From a virus (Duplodnaviria > Caudoviricetes), in the IMG/VR virus record IMGVR_UViG_3300037311_000442, positions 1-29,423 of that record: a stretch of DNA of 29,423 nucleotides. One strand, written 5' to 3'. Below, one piece after another: positions 7,817-17,485 of this stretch. Position numbers and translations under genes: made by a program. Position 1 is the stretch's first letter. Each line of letters opens with the position of its first letter. Under the pieces are notes generated by a model. That model saw only the letters and a program-made list of their open reading frames with translations, made no database searches and was not told the DNA's origin.

Positions 7817-9782
7817 TCTGCCACTGCAAACGCGGCTGGCGACACTGGACGCGGAATCAGAAGACCGCGTGTTCAATGTCATCTTCACCACGGGCGCGGT
7901 GGTGCGGCGTTACAATTTCATGGCCGATGAGATGTATGACGAGGAACTGGTGGTGAACCCCACCTCCGTGCGCCTCGGCAGGCTCAATTCAGGTGCTGCC
8001 CCCGTACTCGATACCCATAGCGACTTCGCGCTTGAGAATATCAAGGGCGTGGTGGTGGGTGGCAGCGCACGCATCGAGGACGGGCTTGGCTATGCCAGCC
8101 TGAAGATCGACGGCGGTCAGGAAAGCGAACCCATACTTCGCAAGATTCGGGATGGCATCATCCGCAACGTCAGCGTTGGCTACCGTGTCCACCGATACGA
8201 GGTCATTCGCAGTGATGGCGCGGTGCCGCTTTACCGTGCCGTCGATTGGGAGCCATACGAAATTTCGCTGGTTCCTATCGGCGCGGATGCAGGTGCTGGC
8301 ATCCGTTCCAACCCTCACACATTCCCGTGTGAGATTTTTAACTACCAACCCCCAAAGGAGAACCGCTCTATGACGTACAATGAAACCCAGCCGACTGATT
8401 TCCCCGATCACACGGAGAATCCGTCGGCAACCGCCACCGCTGAAACACAGGCAGTTGTGGCGGATACTTCGCAACCCGACCAGCTGCGTGCCGAAGGCGC
8501 GTTGGTGGAACGGAGCCGCGTAGCAGAAATCACCAAAATCACGCGTGCAGCCATGTTGCCCGATACCTTCGCGCAAAAGCTGGTGAATGATGGCACTGCC
8601 GTCACTCAGGCACGCAAGCTGGTATTGGATGAACTGGAACGCCGCAGTAGCCCCGCCAATGAAATCCGTCCGCATGTGTCTATCGTGCGCGATGAGATGG
8701 ATTCGGCGCGTGCGATGGTGGAAAATGCGCTGCTACACCGCCATGATCCGCAAAAATATAAGCTGGATGATGGTGCGCGTGAGTATCGCGGCATGTCGCT
8801 GATGGAAATTGGACGCGATATGCTCGAACGTCGCGGCATTCGTGCGCGTGGCCTTTCCAAATCGGAAGTGGCAGGCATGATGCTGGGGCTGGAAACTCGC
8901 GGTGGATTACACTCCAACAGCGATTTTCCGTTCATTCTGGCAAACGTGGCGAATAAAACCCTCCGCAATGCCTATGAAGCGGCACCGCAAACCTTCAAAG
9001 GGTTTTCCCGCCAAACCACCAATCCCGATTTCAAGACCATCGCACGCACACAGCTGGGTGATGCGCCTTCGTTGGATAAGGTGAACGAGTCGGGCGAATT
9101 CAAACGCGGCACGGTGGGTGAAGCACGAGAACAATACGCACTTGCTACCTATGGCAAGGTCGTGGCTGTCACCCGTCAGACCATCATCAACGATGATCTG
9201 GGGGCATTCACTCGCTTGCCTGAAATGTTTGGCCGTGCCGCCGCTGACTTAGAGAGCGATACGGTATGGGGCATCATCACCAGCAACCCGACGATGGGTG
9301 ATGGAACAGCATTGTTCCACGTCAACCACGGCAATCTTGCAGGTGCTGGCGCAGTCATCAGCGTGGCAACGCTGGGTGATGGCCGTGCGGGTATGCGGAA
9401 ACAGAAAGGCTTGAACGGACGCTTTATCAACGTCATGGCCAAGTATCTGCTGGTGCCTGCTGCCATTGAAACCGTTGCCGAGCAGTTCGTGACGCAGACC
9501 AACATCATCTACACCAAGAGCAGCGATTACAATCCGTTTGCTAACAAGTTGCAGGTGATCGCAGAACCGCGCCTCGATGCAGCTTCGGCAACGTCTTGGT
9601 ATCTCGCCGCAGACCCTGCTCAGATTGATACGATTGAGTATGCGTATCTTGAAGGTCAGGAAGGCGTGTACCTCGAAAGTCGTGTTGGCTTTGATGTCGA
9701 TGGTGTGGAACTGAAAGCACGCCTCGATTTCGCGGCTAAAGCGATTGACTGGCGTGGCTTCTGGAGAAACCCAGGCGCGTAA
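7785..9782 (+). CDS. Prohead protease / major capsid protein fusion
   Basis: Protease motifs VLDTHS, NVSVGYR, WEPYEISLVPIGAD. C-terminal capsid domain (SDFPFILANVANK, TYGKVVAVTRQTIINDDLGAF, IEYAYLEG, AIDWRG). SD GGAG before ATG 7785. Confidence 0.95.
   Translation: MTKPPNLQTSNLPLQTRLATLDAESEDRVFNVIFTTGAVVRRYNFMADEMYDEELVVNPTSVRLGRLNSGAAPVLDTHSDFALENIKGVVVGGSARIEDGLGYASLKIDGGQESEPILRKIRDGIIRNVSVGYRVHRYEVIRSDGAVPLYRAVDWEPYEISLVPIGADAGAGIRSNPHTFPCEIFNYQPPKENRSMTYNETQPTDFPDHTENPSATATAETQAVVADTSQPDQLRAEGALVERSRVAEITKITRAAMLPDTFAQKLVNDGTAVTQARKLVLDELERRSSPANEIRPHVSIVRDEMDSARAMVENALLHRHDPQKYKLDDGAREYRGMSLMEIGRDMLERRGIRARGLSKSEVAGMMLGLETRGGLHSNSDFPFILANVANKTLRNAYEAAPQTFKGFSRQTTNPDFKTIARTQLGDAPSLDKVNESGEFKRGTVGEAREQYALATYGKVVAVTRQTIINDDLGAFTRLPEMFGRAAADLESDTVWGIITSNPTMGDGTALFHVNHGNLAGAGAVISVATLGDGRAGMRKQKGLNGRFINVMAKYLLVPAAIETVAEQFVTQTNIIYTKSSDYNPFANKLQVIAEPRLDAASATSWYLAADPAQIDTIEYAYLEGQEGVYLESRVGFDVDGVELKARLDFAAKAIDWRGFWRNPGA
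8354..8372 (+). promoter_or_regulatory. Internal ribosome-binding site and in-frame ATG (8370)
   Basis: AAAGGAG at 8354-8360, 9-nt spacer, ATG in the capsid frame just after the protease domain. Confidence 0.65.
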
Positions 9783-9810
9783 TCTTTTACCAAACTGACG
9801 ACGTAACGTG

Positions 9811-9833
9811 AGCGGCTTCAAGCCGCTTTTTTT
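9811..9833 (+). terminator. Intrinsic terminator after the capsid gene
   Basis: AGCGGCT-TCA-AGCCGCT hairpin running into a T-tract. Confidence 0.8.
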
Positions 9834-9855
9834 GTATCTAAAAAAGGAGAATCCT

Positions 9856-10191
9856 ATGAAGAACTTCGTAATGGAGGGTAAAACTCTTACCCTCACAGCC
9901 CCGTATGCCCTGACTGCTGGTCAAGGCTTGCTGGTTGGTTCCCTCTTTGGTGTGGCATCAGGTGATGCCGCTATCAGCACCGAGGTGGAAGCAATCACTG
10001 ATGGTGTATTCACATTGACCAAAGCAACAGGTGCCGCATGGACAGTCGGTGCGCTGATCTACTGGGACAATGCGGCGCGTAACTGCACCACCACGGTTGC
10101 CACCAACAAGCTGATCGGGGTTGCCACTGCTGCCGCTGCTTCGGGCGACACGGTGGGCAATGTGCGCCTGAACTCGGCTTACATCAGCTAA
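9856..10191 (+). CDS. DUF2190 family head accessory protein
   Basis: MKNFVMEG...GVFTLTK...IYWDN...LIGVA...VRLN. Strong SD AAGGAG, position after the capsid gene. Confidence 0.88.
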   Translation: MKNFVMEGKTLTLTAPYALTAGQGLLVGSLFGVASGDAAISTEVEAITDGVFTLTKATGAAWTVGALIYWDNAARNCTTTVATNKLIGVATAAAASGDTVGNVRLNSAYIS

Positions 10192-10502
10192 TGACAGCTT
10201 TTGACACAGCGATTCAGGCTCTTTTCAACGACCGCAATTTGTCAAAGCCAGCCTTTTTCTTGCCCATGTTAGGTGCGAACCGTTCGGTGCGCGTGATTAC
10301 TCGTGCGCCAGATGTGTTTCAGGATGTTGGGGGTTCGGTGATCGAAACACCCACCCTTGTGGTGGAGGTTCAGGTTTCTGAATGCCCCAACATCGTGCCT
10401 GGTGACCAGTTCATGATCGACGGCATCACCTACAAAACGCAAGCAAGGCCGCGCCGCGACCCAGAGCGGTTAATCTGGCAGGTCGATTGTTATGCGGATT
10501 GA
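10191..10502 (+). CDS. Head-tail joining protein (gpFII-like)
   Basis: MTAF..AI.ALF.D.N, VRVI..APD, PGD...IDG, PRRDPERLIW; synteny. Confidence 0.75.
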   Translation: MTAFDTAIQALFNDRNLSKPAFFLPMLGANRSVRVITRAPDVFQDVGGSVIETPTLVVEVQVSECPNIVPGDQFMIDGITYKTQARPRRDPERLIWQVDCYAD

Positions 10503-11157
10503 AGCAGCCATCACGGGTAACCTTCACAAGTTCATGGAGCAGCAAAAGGCGGCGGCGAAAGCCGCTGTCACTGCTGGCGTGGCGGAGGTTACCGAACGCA
10601 TAAAGAACGACCTGCGGGGGCAAGTGACGGGTGCAGGATTAGGCAATAAGCTCGCCAAAAGCTGGCAAGCCAAGCTCTATCCCAAAGGCCAGAAATCTAT
10701 TTCAGCGGCGGGCTGGGTATTTTCCAAAGCCCCGAAGCTGATCCGCGCTTTCAACGAAGGTGCGCTCATCAAAAGCAAAGATGGGTTCTTTCTGGCAATC
10801 CCCACCGAAGCCGCTCCGAAGCGCGGCGTGGGTGGCAAGCGGATTACCCCGTCAAACTTTCCCGAGCATTCGCTGGGGCGGCTTCGCTTTGTCTATCGCC
10901 CAGGGAAAATCTCCCTGCTGGTGGTGGACAATCTGCGTGCCAGCACAGGCAAGCGCGGTGGTTTTCGCAAAGCCAGTGACTCCGCGCTCAAGTCAGGGCG
11001 TGGGGTCACCACCGTGGTGATGTTTCTGCTCGTGCCACAAGTGAAGCTGAAGAAACGCTTGGATTATCAATCCGTGGTGAACCGCTGGGAAAGCCAGCTG
11101 CCACAAACCATTTTGAAGAACTGGAAAGAGGTATCCCCCAATGCCGAGCAAACGTGA
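10492..11157 (+). CDS. Neck / tail completion protein (DUF6441-like)
   Basis: RGQVTGAGLG.KLA, YPKG, GFFLAIPT, LRFVYR, FLLVPQVKL.KRLD; basic protein in the gpZ position. Confidence 0.75.
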   Translation: MRIEAAITGNLHKFMEQQKAAAKAAVTAGVAEVTERIKNDLRGQVTGAGLGNKLAKSWQAKLYPKGQKSISAAGWVFSKAPKLIRAFNEGALIKSKDGFFLAIPTEAAPKRGVGGKRITPSNFPEHSLGRLRFVYRPGKISLLVVDNLRASTGKRGGFRKASDSALKSGRGVTTVVMFLLVPQVKLKKRLDYQSVVNRWESQLPQTILKNWKEVSPNAEQT

Positions 11158-11578
11158 ACAGGTGCTGGATCGGCTGGCAACCAAACTCAAAACCTTGGAA
11201 AGCACAAGCCTCAAGGTTTACCGCAATCTTGATAAACCCCAGCAGATTCCATCGGGCGGCATGATTGTGCTGCGTGATGGTGTGGCGGGAGAACCTGAAG
11301 TGCTGCTCTCGCCACTGACTTATATTTATGAGCAGCTGGTGACGGTGGAAGTGATGGTGCAAAACCCTGACCCCGCCGCCCGTGACGCGCTGCTTGATGT
11401 GCTGCTGGTGGCGTTGAGCGGAGTGATTACAGGAAACCGCACACTGGATGGGCTTGCCGAATGGATGGAAGCCCGATCACCAGAGTTTCAAGACGAACCG
11501 ATTGAAGGAGCAGCCAGCATCCGCGCCGCCACGGTGCAGGTGATGGTGCGCTTTTTCACATCCGACCCACTCAATTAA
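11141..11578 (+). CDS. Tail terminator protein (gpU-like)
   Basis: MPSKREQVL, LRDG..GEPEVLLSPL.Y.YE, RTLDGLAEW, TSDPL; directly before the tail tube gene. Confidence 0.72.
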   Translation: MPSKREQVLDRLATKLKTLESTSLKVYRNLDKPQQIPSGGMIVLRDGVAGEPEVLLSPLTYIYEQLVTVEVMVQNPDPAARDALLDVLLVALSGVITGNRTLDGLAEWMEARSPEFQDEPIEGAASIRAATVQVMVRFFTSDPLN

Positions 11579-11602
11579 CCAACCAAAACAGGAGTAAATC
11601 TT

Positions 11603-12877
11603 ATGGCTCGATCCTATGGCTCGGCAGCGACGTTGCTTGCCTTGAAAGAATCCACTTACGGGGTAAAACCCACAGGTAACTGGGAGAAGTTCGCATTTGT
11701 GTCTTCGGACTTAAGCGCGGAACAAAACCTGCTTTCCTCTGACCTTCTCGGGCAAGGCCGCGAACCGCGTGCGCCGTTTCGGGATGTGATTAACGATGAA
11801 GGCAATCTGGTTGTGCCAGTGGAAGGCCGTGACTTTGGTCGCTGGCTGCAACTGCTGCTTGGTAACCCCGTATCGGCTGGCGTTGCGGCGACGGGTGACA
11901 TCACCTTCACCGCAAACCCAAGCGTGAGCCATACCATCACCATTAACGGCGTGGTGTGGACGTTCGTTGCCTCGGGTGCGACGGGTACGCAAACCAATAT
12001 CGGCGCGAACCTTGCCGCCACACTCACGCAGCTGGCAACTGACCTTAATGCCTCCGTCAATGCCAGCATCACGCCTGCTACTTATTCCAACGGCGGCGGC
12101 ACCAAGCTCAACATCGTGCATGATACACTGGGGGCAACGGGCAATAACTTCACGCTGGCTTCTGGCAATGCCAACGGGGTGGTCAGTGGTGCGACGCTCT
12201 CAGGCGGCGGCTTCACGCACACTTTTATCAGCGGCGCGGCAAGCCTTCCATCCTTTGCAGCGGAAATCGGCCATGCCAACGTGCCAGCCTATTTCGTGCA
12301 TACGGGCTGTATGCTGGGCAGTATGGCATTGAATTTCCAGCGTTCGGGTGCAGCGAACGCTACCCTTAACATCATCGCTCAAGGGGAAACGCGCTTTGCA
12401 TCCACGCAAGGCGGCACGCCCACCAGCCGTGTCTATAAGCCATTCAGCCAGTTCAACGGCTCGATCAAGCGCAATGGCACATCTCTGGCCAATATCACTG
12501 GCGCACAGTTTACCTATTCGAACGGATTGCAGGCAGTGCCGACCATCCGCAATGATGGGCTGATTGAAGCGGTTGATCCCACCATCATCAATGTGAATGG
12601 CAGCATAGACGTGCGCTTTGCCGACACCACGCTGGTGGATGACGCGATCAACAACAACGCCATTGAACTGGAGCTTGCCTACAAGCTGGCGGGGTTGGAC
12701 GGGAACAACTTCTCACTCACCTGGACATTCCACGAAGTCTATCTGCCACGACCGCGCATCCCCGTATCGGGACCAGGCGGCGTGCAGGCCAGCTTCAACT
12801 GGCAGGCCGTCTATGACGACGCACTCAGTAAATCCGTCACCGTCGTTTTGAAGAACGATGTCACCAGCTACCCATAA
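11603..12877 (+). CDS. Major tail tube protein with inserted domain
   Basis: MARSYG, EQNLLSSDLLGQGREP, EVYLPRPRIPVSGPGGVQASFNWQA; SD AGGAG. Confidence 0.9.
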   Translation: MARSYGSAATLLALKESTYGVKPTGNWEKFAFVSSDLSAEQNLLSSDLLGQGREPRAPFRDVINDEGNLVVPVEGRDFGRWLQLLLGNPVSAGVAATGDITFTANPSVSHTITINGVVWTFVASGATGTQTNIGANLAATLTQLATDLNASVNASITPATYSNGGGTKLNIVHDTLGATGNNFTLASGNANGVVSGATLSGGGFTHTFISGAASLPSFAAEIGHANVPAYFVHTGCMLGSMALNFQRSGAANATLNIIAQGETRFASTQGGTPTSRVYKPFSQFNGSIKRNGTSLANITGAQFTYSNGLQAVPTIRNDGLIEAVDPTIINVNGSIDVRFADTTLVDDAINNNAIELELAYKLAGLDGNNFSLTWTFHEVYLPRPRIPVSGPGGVQASFNWQAVYDDALSKSVTVVLKNDVTSYP

Positions 12878-12886
12878 GGAGGCGTT

Positions 12887-13399
12887 ATGCTACGATTAAA
12901 TCTGAAAAAAGAACCGTACTGGCTCGATTTGCCTGCCGATGTGAAGCTCAAGGTGCGGCCACTTTCCACCGCTATCATGAGTGCGGCGCAATCTTCCGTC
13001 ATCAAGACAATCACCGACTGGCGGCAAGAGCGTAAATCCCGCACGGAAGTCGGCGCGGATGTCTCTGATTTGCCCGATGTGGATGATGAAGAAACCCGCC
13101 ACGGGCTTTCGGAAGCGTTGCTTATCAAGGCAATGGCACGCGGCGCGGTGATCGAGTGGCAAGGCGTATTGAACAGCGCAGGTGATGCGCCTGCGGTGGT
13201 GAATGACCAAGCCGTGAACGACCTCATGGATATTTGGTTCATCGCGCAGGATTTCTGGAAAAAATACACTGCTTCACTTTCCCTGCTGGATGCGGAGGGA
13301 AACGGATACAGGCTCGCTGCAAATGGCACTTCGGCGGCGGGTCTGGATATTGCAGAACCTGCCACGACGAAGCCCTCCCGTGCAGCAAAGGCGAGTTAA
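12887..13399 (+). CDS. Tail assembly chaperone (gpG-like)
   Basis: MLRLNLKKEPYWLDL..VKLKVRPL, EWQGV; SD AAGGAGG; between tube and tape measure; carries a slippery heptamer. Confidence 0.85.
   Translation: MLRLNLKKEPYWLDLPADVKLKVRPLSTAIMSAAQSSVIKTITDWRQERKSRTEVGADVSDLPDVDDEETRHGLSEALLIKAMARGAVIEWQGVLNSAGDAPAVVNDQAVNDLMDIWFIAQDFWKKYTASLSLLDAEGNGYRLAANGTSAAGLDIAEPATTKPSRAAKAS
13297..13303 (+). other. -1 programmed frameshift site G GGA AAC
   Basis: X XXY YYZ heptamer correctly phased in the 12887 frame; the -1 frame stays open to 13692. Confidence 0.82.
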
Positions 13400-13692
13400 G
13401 CCCTAGCACGGGCGAGCCGTTATGCCCCTACATCAAAAGCGAACCGCATTCGATGGAGGGGTTCGAGACATGGGAAGTGCTGCTTCGGTGTAGCGGCCAG
13501 TTCAAACTTTATCCCAGCGGTAAAATCGCAGGGTTCGACATTCCAACCATTTTAAGTGTGACCGACGTACTCGGCTATGACCGACAGGCATTATTGCGCC
13601 TGCTGGATTATGCCGAGGCTGGGTTGCACGAGGCAATTCGCGATCATGGCAACAGCAACGCAGAACATTTCAATCAGGATAGCGGTTCTTGA
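13303..13692 (+). CDS. gpT-like C-terminal extension of the tail chaperone (gpGT, 268 aa total, via -1 frameshift)
   Basis: RIQARCKWHFGGGSGYCRTC...CPY...EGFETWEVL...EAGL; no convincing own start upstream of the Cys-rich part. Confidence 0.78.
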   Translation, partial: RIQARCKWHFGGGSGYCRTCHDEALPCSKGELSPSTGEPLCPYIKSEPHSMEGFETWEVLLRCSGQFKLYPSGKIAGFDIPTILSVTDVLGYDRQALLRLLDYAEAGLHEAIRDHGNSNAEHFNQDSGS

Positions 13693-15838
13693 CGGCGATA
13701 AAACGCGCCGTGAATTAACCCTCACTGGTGAAGCGGGACAACGTGCGCTCGCCAAAATCAAGGAAGCCACAGCTCCCGCCAGCAAGTCGCTGGTGGCGGT
13801 GAATGTGGTCAGCGAGCAAGTGCGCTATGGCATGGAAAACCTTGCAGGCGGCACAGGTTCGCTCGGGGCAAGCCTCACGCGGCTTGGTCCCGTAGGGCTT
13901 GCCGCCGCTGCTGTCATTGGCACGCTCGGCCTTGCGGTTGCTGGTGGGATCAAAGAGTTTAAGGAAGCCGAGCAAGCCCTTAACCAATTAAACGCTGCCC
14001 TTAAAGCAACCGATTTCACCGCCGGTGTGACCGCACAGGAAATCACCGCGCTTGGTGAGGCGGTGGAAGGCAACACGCTCTTTAAGAAAGAGGATATTCA
14101 GCAAGCTGCCTCCTCGCTGGTATCTTTCCAAAACGTCGCTGGTGAAACTTTCACCCGTGCGCTGCGGCTCTCCGCAGACCTTGCGGTACGTTTGGGAACC
14201 GATGTGCCTTCCGCTGCCGATATGTTGGGCAAAGCGTTAGAGTCACCCGAAGAAGGGCTTGGCAGGCTGGCGCGGAAGTTTTCCGACCTGTCACCCACCC
14301 AGAAAGAGGTGATCGAGAACTTCGTTAAACAGGGTGATATTGCTTCGGCGCAGGCCGTCATCCTTGAACATTTGGAAGAAAAAACCAAAGGGCTGGCGGA
14401 CGCGCAGGCGCAAGGCTTAACGGGTGCAGCTAACCAGCTGGGGGATGCGTGGGATGATTTGCTTGAATCATTCGGGCGCACCATCAGTGAATCGGGCGCA
14501 GCACAAGTTAGCCTGAATCTGCTCACCAAAGCGGTGCGCGGTTTGCAAGAAGCGTTAAACCCCACCCGCGATCAGCAAAAAAGCCAGCTTGAAAAAGAAA
14601 TAGCCGACCTGCAGGACAGCTTCGGCACCAAGCTCGACATTGCCGTGTTGGGCAGTGCGCCTGGGCTTGAAGCTAAAAAGCGCGAACTGCAAAAGATTAA
14701 CGACGAGATCGCCGCCGAACAGAAGAAAGCTGATGAAGATACTCAGAACGCACGCACGGCCGCTGAGAAAGCAGCTGCAGAGCGGCGCAATAATCAGCTG
14801 CTTGAACTTCAAAAGAAATATTTGAAGGAATATGAGGACGTAACGCTCACCTCGCAGCAAAAAATCCTGCGAGACGCAGAAGAACGCCGCAAGCAGATCC
14901 TCGCGCTCAATAAAGGGGATGCAAATAGCGAATCTGCACAGAAAGCACTGGCTGCGCTCAATGCTTCCACCAAGGCAAAGCTGGCTGATGCCAACAAACA
15001 GGATGCAAAATCAGCCCCGAAAGATGAAGCGGGTGAAAATCGTAAACGTGCGATTGAAGAAGTAAACCGTGCGCTATTGCAGACCAAGCCTTCCTACGAT
15101 TTGGCGAAGCAGGCACTGGATGAGTGGAAAGAAAAGCTGATCGAAAATCTCGGCGGCGCAACCGAAGCCAACCAGGAATATATCGACAAAATCGAGCAGA
15201 TTTACTCGGTAAAACTCAAGGAGATTTACAACAAGTCCTTGCTCGATAGCGATAAATGGGAGGACGGCGCAAGTCGCGCTCTCAAACGCTATGCCGACGA
15301 AGCCACCAATGCGGCGAAAAACGCGGAGGATTTATTCGGCAGCGCAGCCAGCAAGGTGGAGGACACGCTGGTGGATATGGTCACCAGTGGCGAGTTTTCC
15401 TTCAAAAAGCTAGGTGATCTGGTGCAGTCCATCGAGCAGGACATTTTGCGGATGTTTATTCGTCAGCAAATCACGGGACCGATTGCGGGTGCGTTGGGTG
15501 ATTTTGCCAAGGGCAGCGGTGGCGACATTTTTGGCAGTATCTTCGGCAGCCTGTTCCATGATGGGGGTGTTGTCGGTGTTTCGGGTGTTTCCCGCCGCGC
15601 TGTGCCTGCTTATGCGTTCGCGGGTGCGCCGCGCTTCCATAATGGCCTGATGCCCGACGAGTTCCCCGCCATTTTGCAAAAGGGTGAAACCGTCCTGCCC
15701 AAAAACACAAAAATGGGCGGCAACAACATCACCTTCAACATCACCACCCCGAACGCGCAGAGCTTCATGGAAAGCCAAGGGCAAATCATGAGTAAGCTCG
15801 CCGCGCAGATGGGGCGGCATAAAGCGAGGAACGGATAA
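13646..15838 (+). CDS. Tail tape measure protein (730 aa)
   Basis: Ala/Leu/Glu-rich helical protein; ISIRIAVLDG, LGKALESP, C-terminal FHDGGVVG, APRFHNG, DEFPAILQKGE, FMESQGQI. Confidence 0.93.
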   Translation: MATATQNISIRIAVLDGDKTRRELTLTGEAGQRALAKIKEATAPASKSLVAVNVVSEQVRYGMENLAGGTGSLGASLTRLGPVGLAAAAVIGTLGLAVAGGIKEFKEAEQALNQLNAALKATDFTAGVTAQEITALGEAVEGNTLFKKEDIQQAASSLVSFQNVAGETFTRALRLSADLAVRLGTDVPSAADMLGKALESPEEGLGRLARKFSDLSPTQKEVIENFVKQGDIASAQAVILEHLEEKTKGLADAQAQGLTGAANQLGDAWDDLLESFGRTISESGAAQVSLNLLTKAVRGLQEALNPTRDQQKSQLEKEIADLQDSFGTKLDIAVLGSAPGLEAKKRELQKINDEIAAEQKKADEDTQNARTAAEKAAAERRNNQLLELQKKYLKEYEDVTLTSQQKILRDAEERRKQILALNKGDANSESAQKALAALNASTKAKLADANKQDAKSAPKDEAGENRKRAIEEVNRALLQTKPSYDLAKQALDEWKEKLIENLGGATEANQEYIDKIEQIYSVKLKEIYNKSLLDSDKWEDGASRALKRYADEATNAAKNAEDLFGSAASKVEDTLVDMVTSGEFSFKKLGDLVQSIEQDILRMFIRQQITGPIAGALGDFAKGSGGDIFGSIFGSLFHDGGVVGVSGVSRRAVPAYAFAGAPRFHNGLMPDEFPAILQKGETVLPKNTKMGGNNITFNITTPNAQSFMESQGQIMSKLAAQMGRHKARNG

Positions 15839-16440
15839 TGCCGACATTTCATGAAGTGCAGTTCCCGCCGAAAATCGCTTATGGCGCAAGCGGCGGGGCG
15901 GAGTTTAACACCAGCATCACCACCACTTTCTCAGGGTTCGAGCAGCGCAATGTGAATTGGCAAAAGGCGCGTGGCCGCTGGGATGTATCGACGGGCTTGA
16001 AAAGCAAAACCGATATGGATGCGCTGCAAGCCTTCTTCCGCGCACGTTTCGGCAAAGCCTATGGTTTCCGCTTCAAAGATTGGAGCGATTACCAAGCGGT
16101 GGGGCAAACGCTCGGCACGGGCAACGGTTCGCTGACTACCTTTCAGCTGAACAAAACCTATACCAGCGGCGGCAACAGCTATGTGCGGGAAATTAAGAAG
16201 CCCGTGTCAGGCACGGTTAAAATCTACCTTAACAGCGTGCTGCAAGGCTCGGGTTATTCGGTGGATCACACCACGGGCGTGGTGACATTCACCGCCGCGC
16301 CTGGTGCGGGTGTGATTGTAAGCAGCGACTTCGACTTTGATGTGCCTGTGCGTTTCGACACTGACACGCTTGCCGTGCGTGCCGACGGACCAGGCTTTTT
16401 TGTGTGGGATGCAATCCCGATTGTGGAGATACGCTTATGA
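15838..16440 (+). CDS. Distal tail protein (DUF2460, GTA-like)
   Basis: FHEVQFP, GFEQRN, FFRARFGKAYGFRFKDWSD, FDFDVPVRFDTD, IPIVEIR. Confidence 0.95.
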   Translation: MPTFHEVQFPPKIAYGASGGAEFNTSITTTFSGFEQRNVNWQKARGRWDVSTGLKSKTDMDALQAFFRARFGKAYGFRFKDWSDYQAVGQTLGTGNGSLTTFQLNKTYTSGGNSYVREIKKPVSGTVKIYLNSVLQGSGYSVDHTTGVVTFTAAPGAGVIVSSDFDFDVPVRFDTDTLAVRADGPGFFVWDAIPIVEIRL

Positions 16441-17297
16441 GAACCGCTTCAAGCAATATGGCCGCGCATCTGGCAGGTGAAGTCACCAGCCTTGCCGTCT
16501 GCTGGAAACTCACGCTGGTGGGTGGCACGGTGATGGGCTTCACCGATCACACCTCCGACCTCACGGTGAGCAGCCAGCTTTACAAGGCCGCGACGGGCTT
16601 TTCCCCCACGAGTGTGGAAACCAAAGACAAGTTCAGCGTCGATAACCTCGATGTGGCGGGAATACTGGATGCAGCGGCAATCACCGAAGCCGACATTATG
16701 GCGGGGAAATATGACTTTGCCGAGATTGAAATCTTCATGGTGAACGTCACTGACCTAAGCCAAGGCATCATCACGCATCGCCGTGGGTGGCTTGGGGAAG
16801 TGACACTCAAGAACGGGCAGTTTATCGCCGAAGTGCGTGGGCTGGCGCAGAAACTGAGCCAGAACATTGTGGAACTCTATAGCCCCACATGCCGCGCCAT
16901 CTTCGGCGATGGACGCTGCAAAGCCAGCCTTGCCAGCTACACGGTGGGCGGGAGTGTCAATACTGTCAGTAGCAGGCAGGTGTTTATCAGCAATTCGATG
17001 ACGCAGGCGGCGGGGTATTTCTCGGGCGGCGAAGTGGTGTGGCTGACGGGTGCAAACGCTGGGCGGCGTATGGAAATCAAAGAGTTTTCAAACAAGCAAT
17101 TCACACTGGTGCTGCCCATGCCCAACAACGTGACGGTGGGCGATACCTTCAACGCCATTGCAGGCTGCGACAAAACCATCAGCACCTGCGTGGCAAAGTT
17201 TAACAATGCCGTGAACTTTCGCGGCGAGCCTTACGTTCCTGGCATGGACAAAATGCTCGCCACCGCAGCCACGGCCAACGATTTGCAGCGCGTATGA
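16437..17297 (+). CDS. Baseplate hub protein (DUF2163, GTA-like)
   Basis: CWKLT, GFTDH, CRAIFGDGRC, AGCDK...C..KFNNAVNFRGEPYVPG; ATGA overlap with Dit. Confidence 0.95.
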   Translation: MRTASSNMAAHLAGEVTSLAVCWKLTLVGGTVMGFTDHTSDLTVSSQLYKAATGFSPTSVETKDKFSVDNLDVAGILDAAAITEADIMAGKYDFAEIEIFMVNVTDLSQGIITHRRGWLGEVTLKNGQFIAEVRGLAQKLSQNIVELYSPTCRAIFGDGRCKASLASYTVGGSVNTVSSRQVFISNSMTQAAGYFSGGEVVWLTGANAGRRMEIKEFSNKQFTLVLPMPNNVTVGDTFNAIAGCDKTISTCVAKFNNAVNFRGEPYVPGMDKMLATAATANDLQRV

Positions 17298-17349
17298 TGA
17301 TAAAAGGGCAGCAAGGATTAAAATAGATATTTATCAGATGATTGACCGC

Positions 17350-17392
17350 CTTCCTTGCAATTCCGAACTTCAAGTTGTGAATTGCAAGGAAG
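17350..17392. repeat. Perfect 14-bp inverted repeat with inner 5-bp repeat
   Basis: CTTCCTTGCAATTC-N15-GAATTGCAAGGAAG; the spacer contains AACTT-C-AAGTT. Confidence 0.9.
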
Positions 17393-17408
17393 ATATGAGA
17401 TGTTTCTC

Positions 17409-17470
17409 TATAATCCCCACTTTATTGCATAAAGTGCTTTATTATCCCCGAATTATTGCGTATAATGGGG
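17409..17470 (+). promoter_or_regulatory. Putative fic promoter/operator region
   Basis: TATAAT at 17409-17414 and 17461-17466; palindrome CACTTTAT-TGC-ATAAAGTG at 17418-17436. No well-spaced consensus -35. Confidence 0.5.
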
Positions 17471-17485
17471 TATGGAGTGAGGTTT

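Noticed and set aside
17350-17392. IS/MITE end or intrinsic terminator
   Set aside because: No matching copy at the other end of the insert, no transposase, and no T-tract next to the stem.
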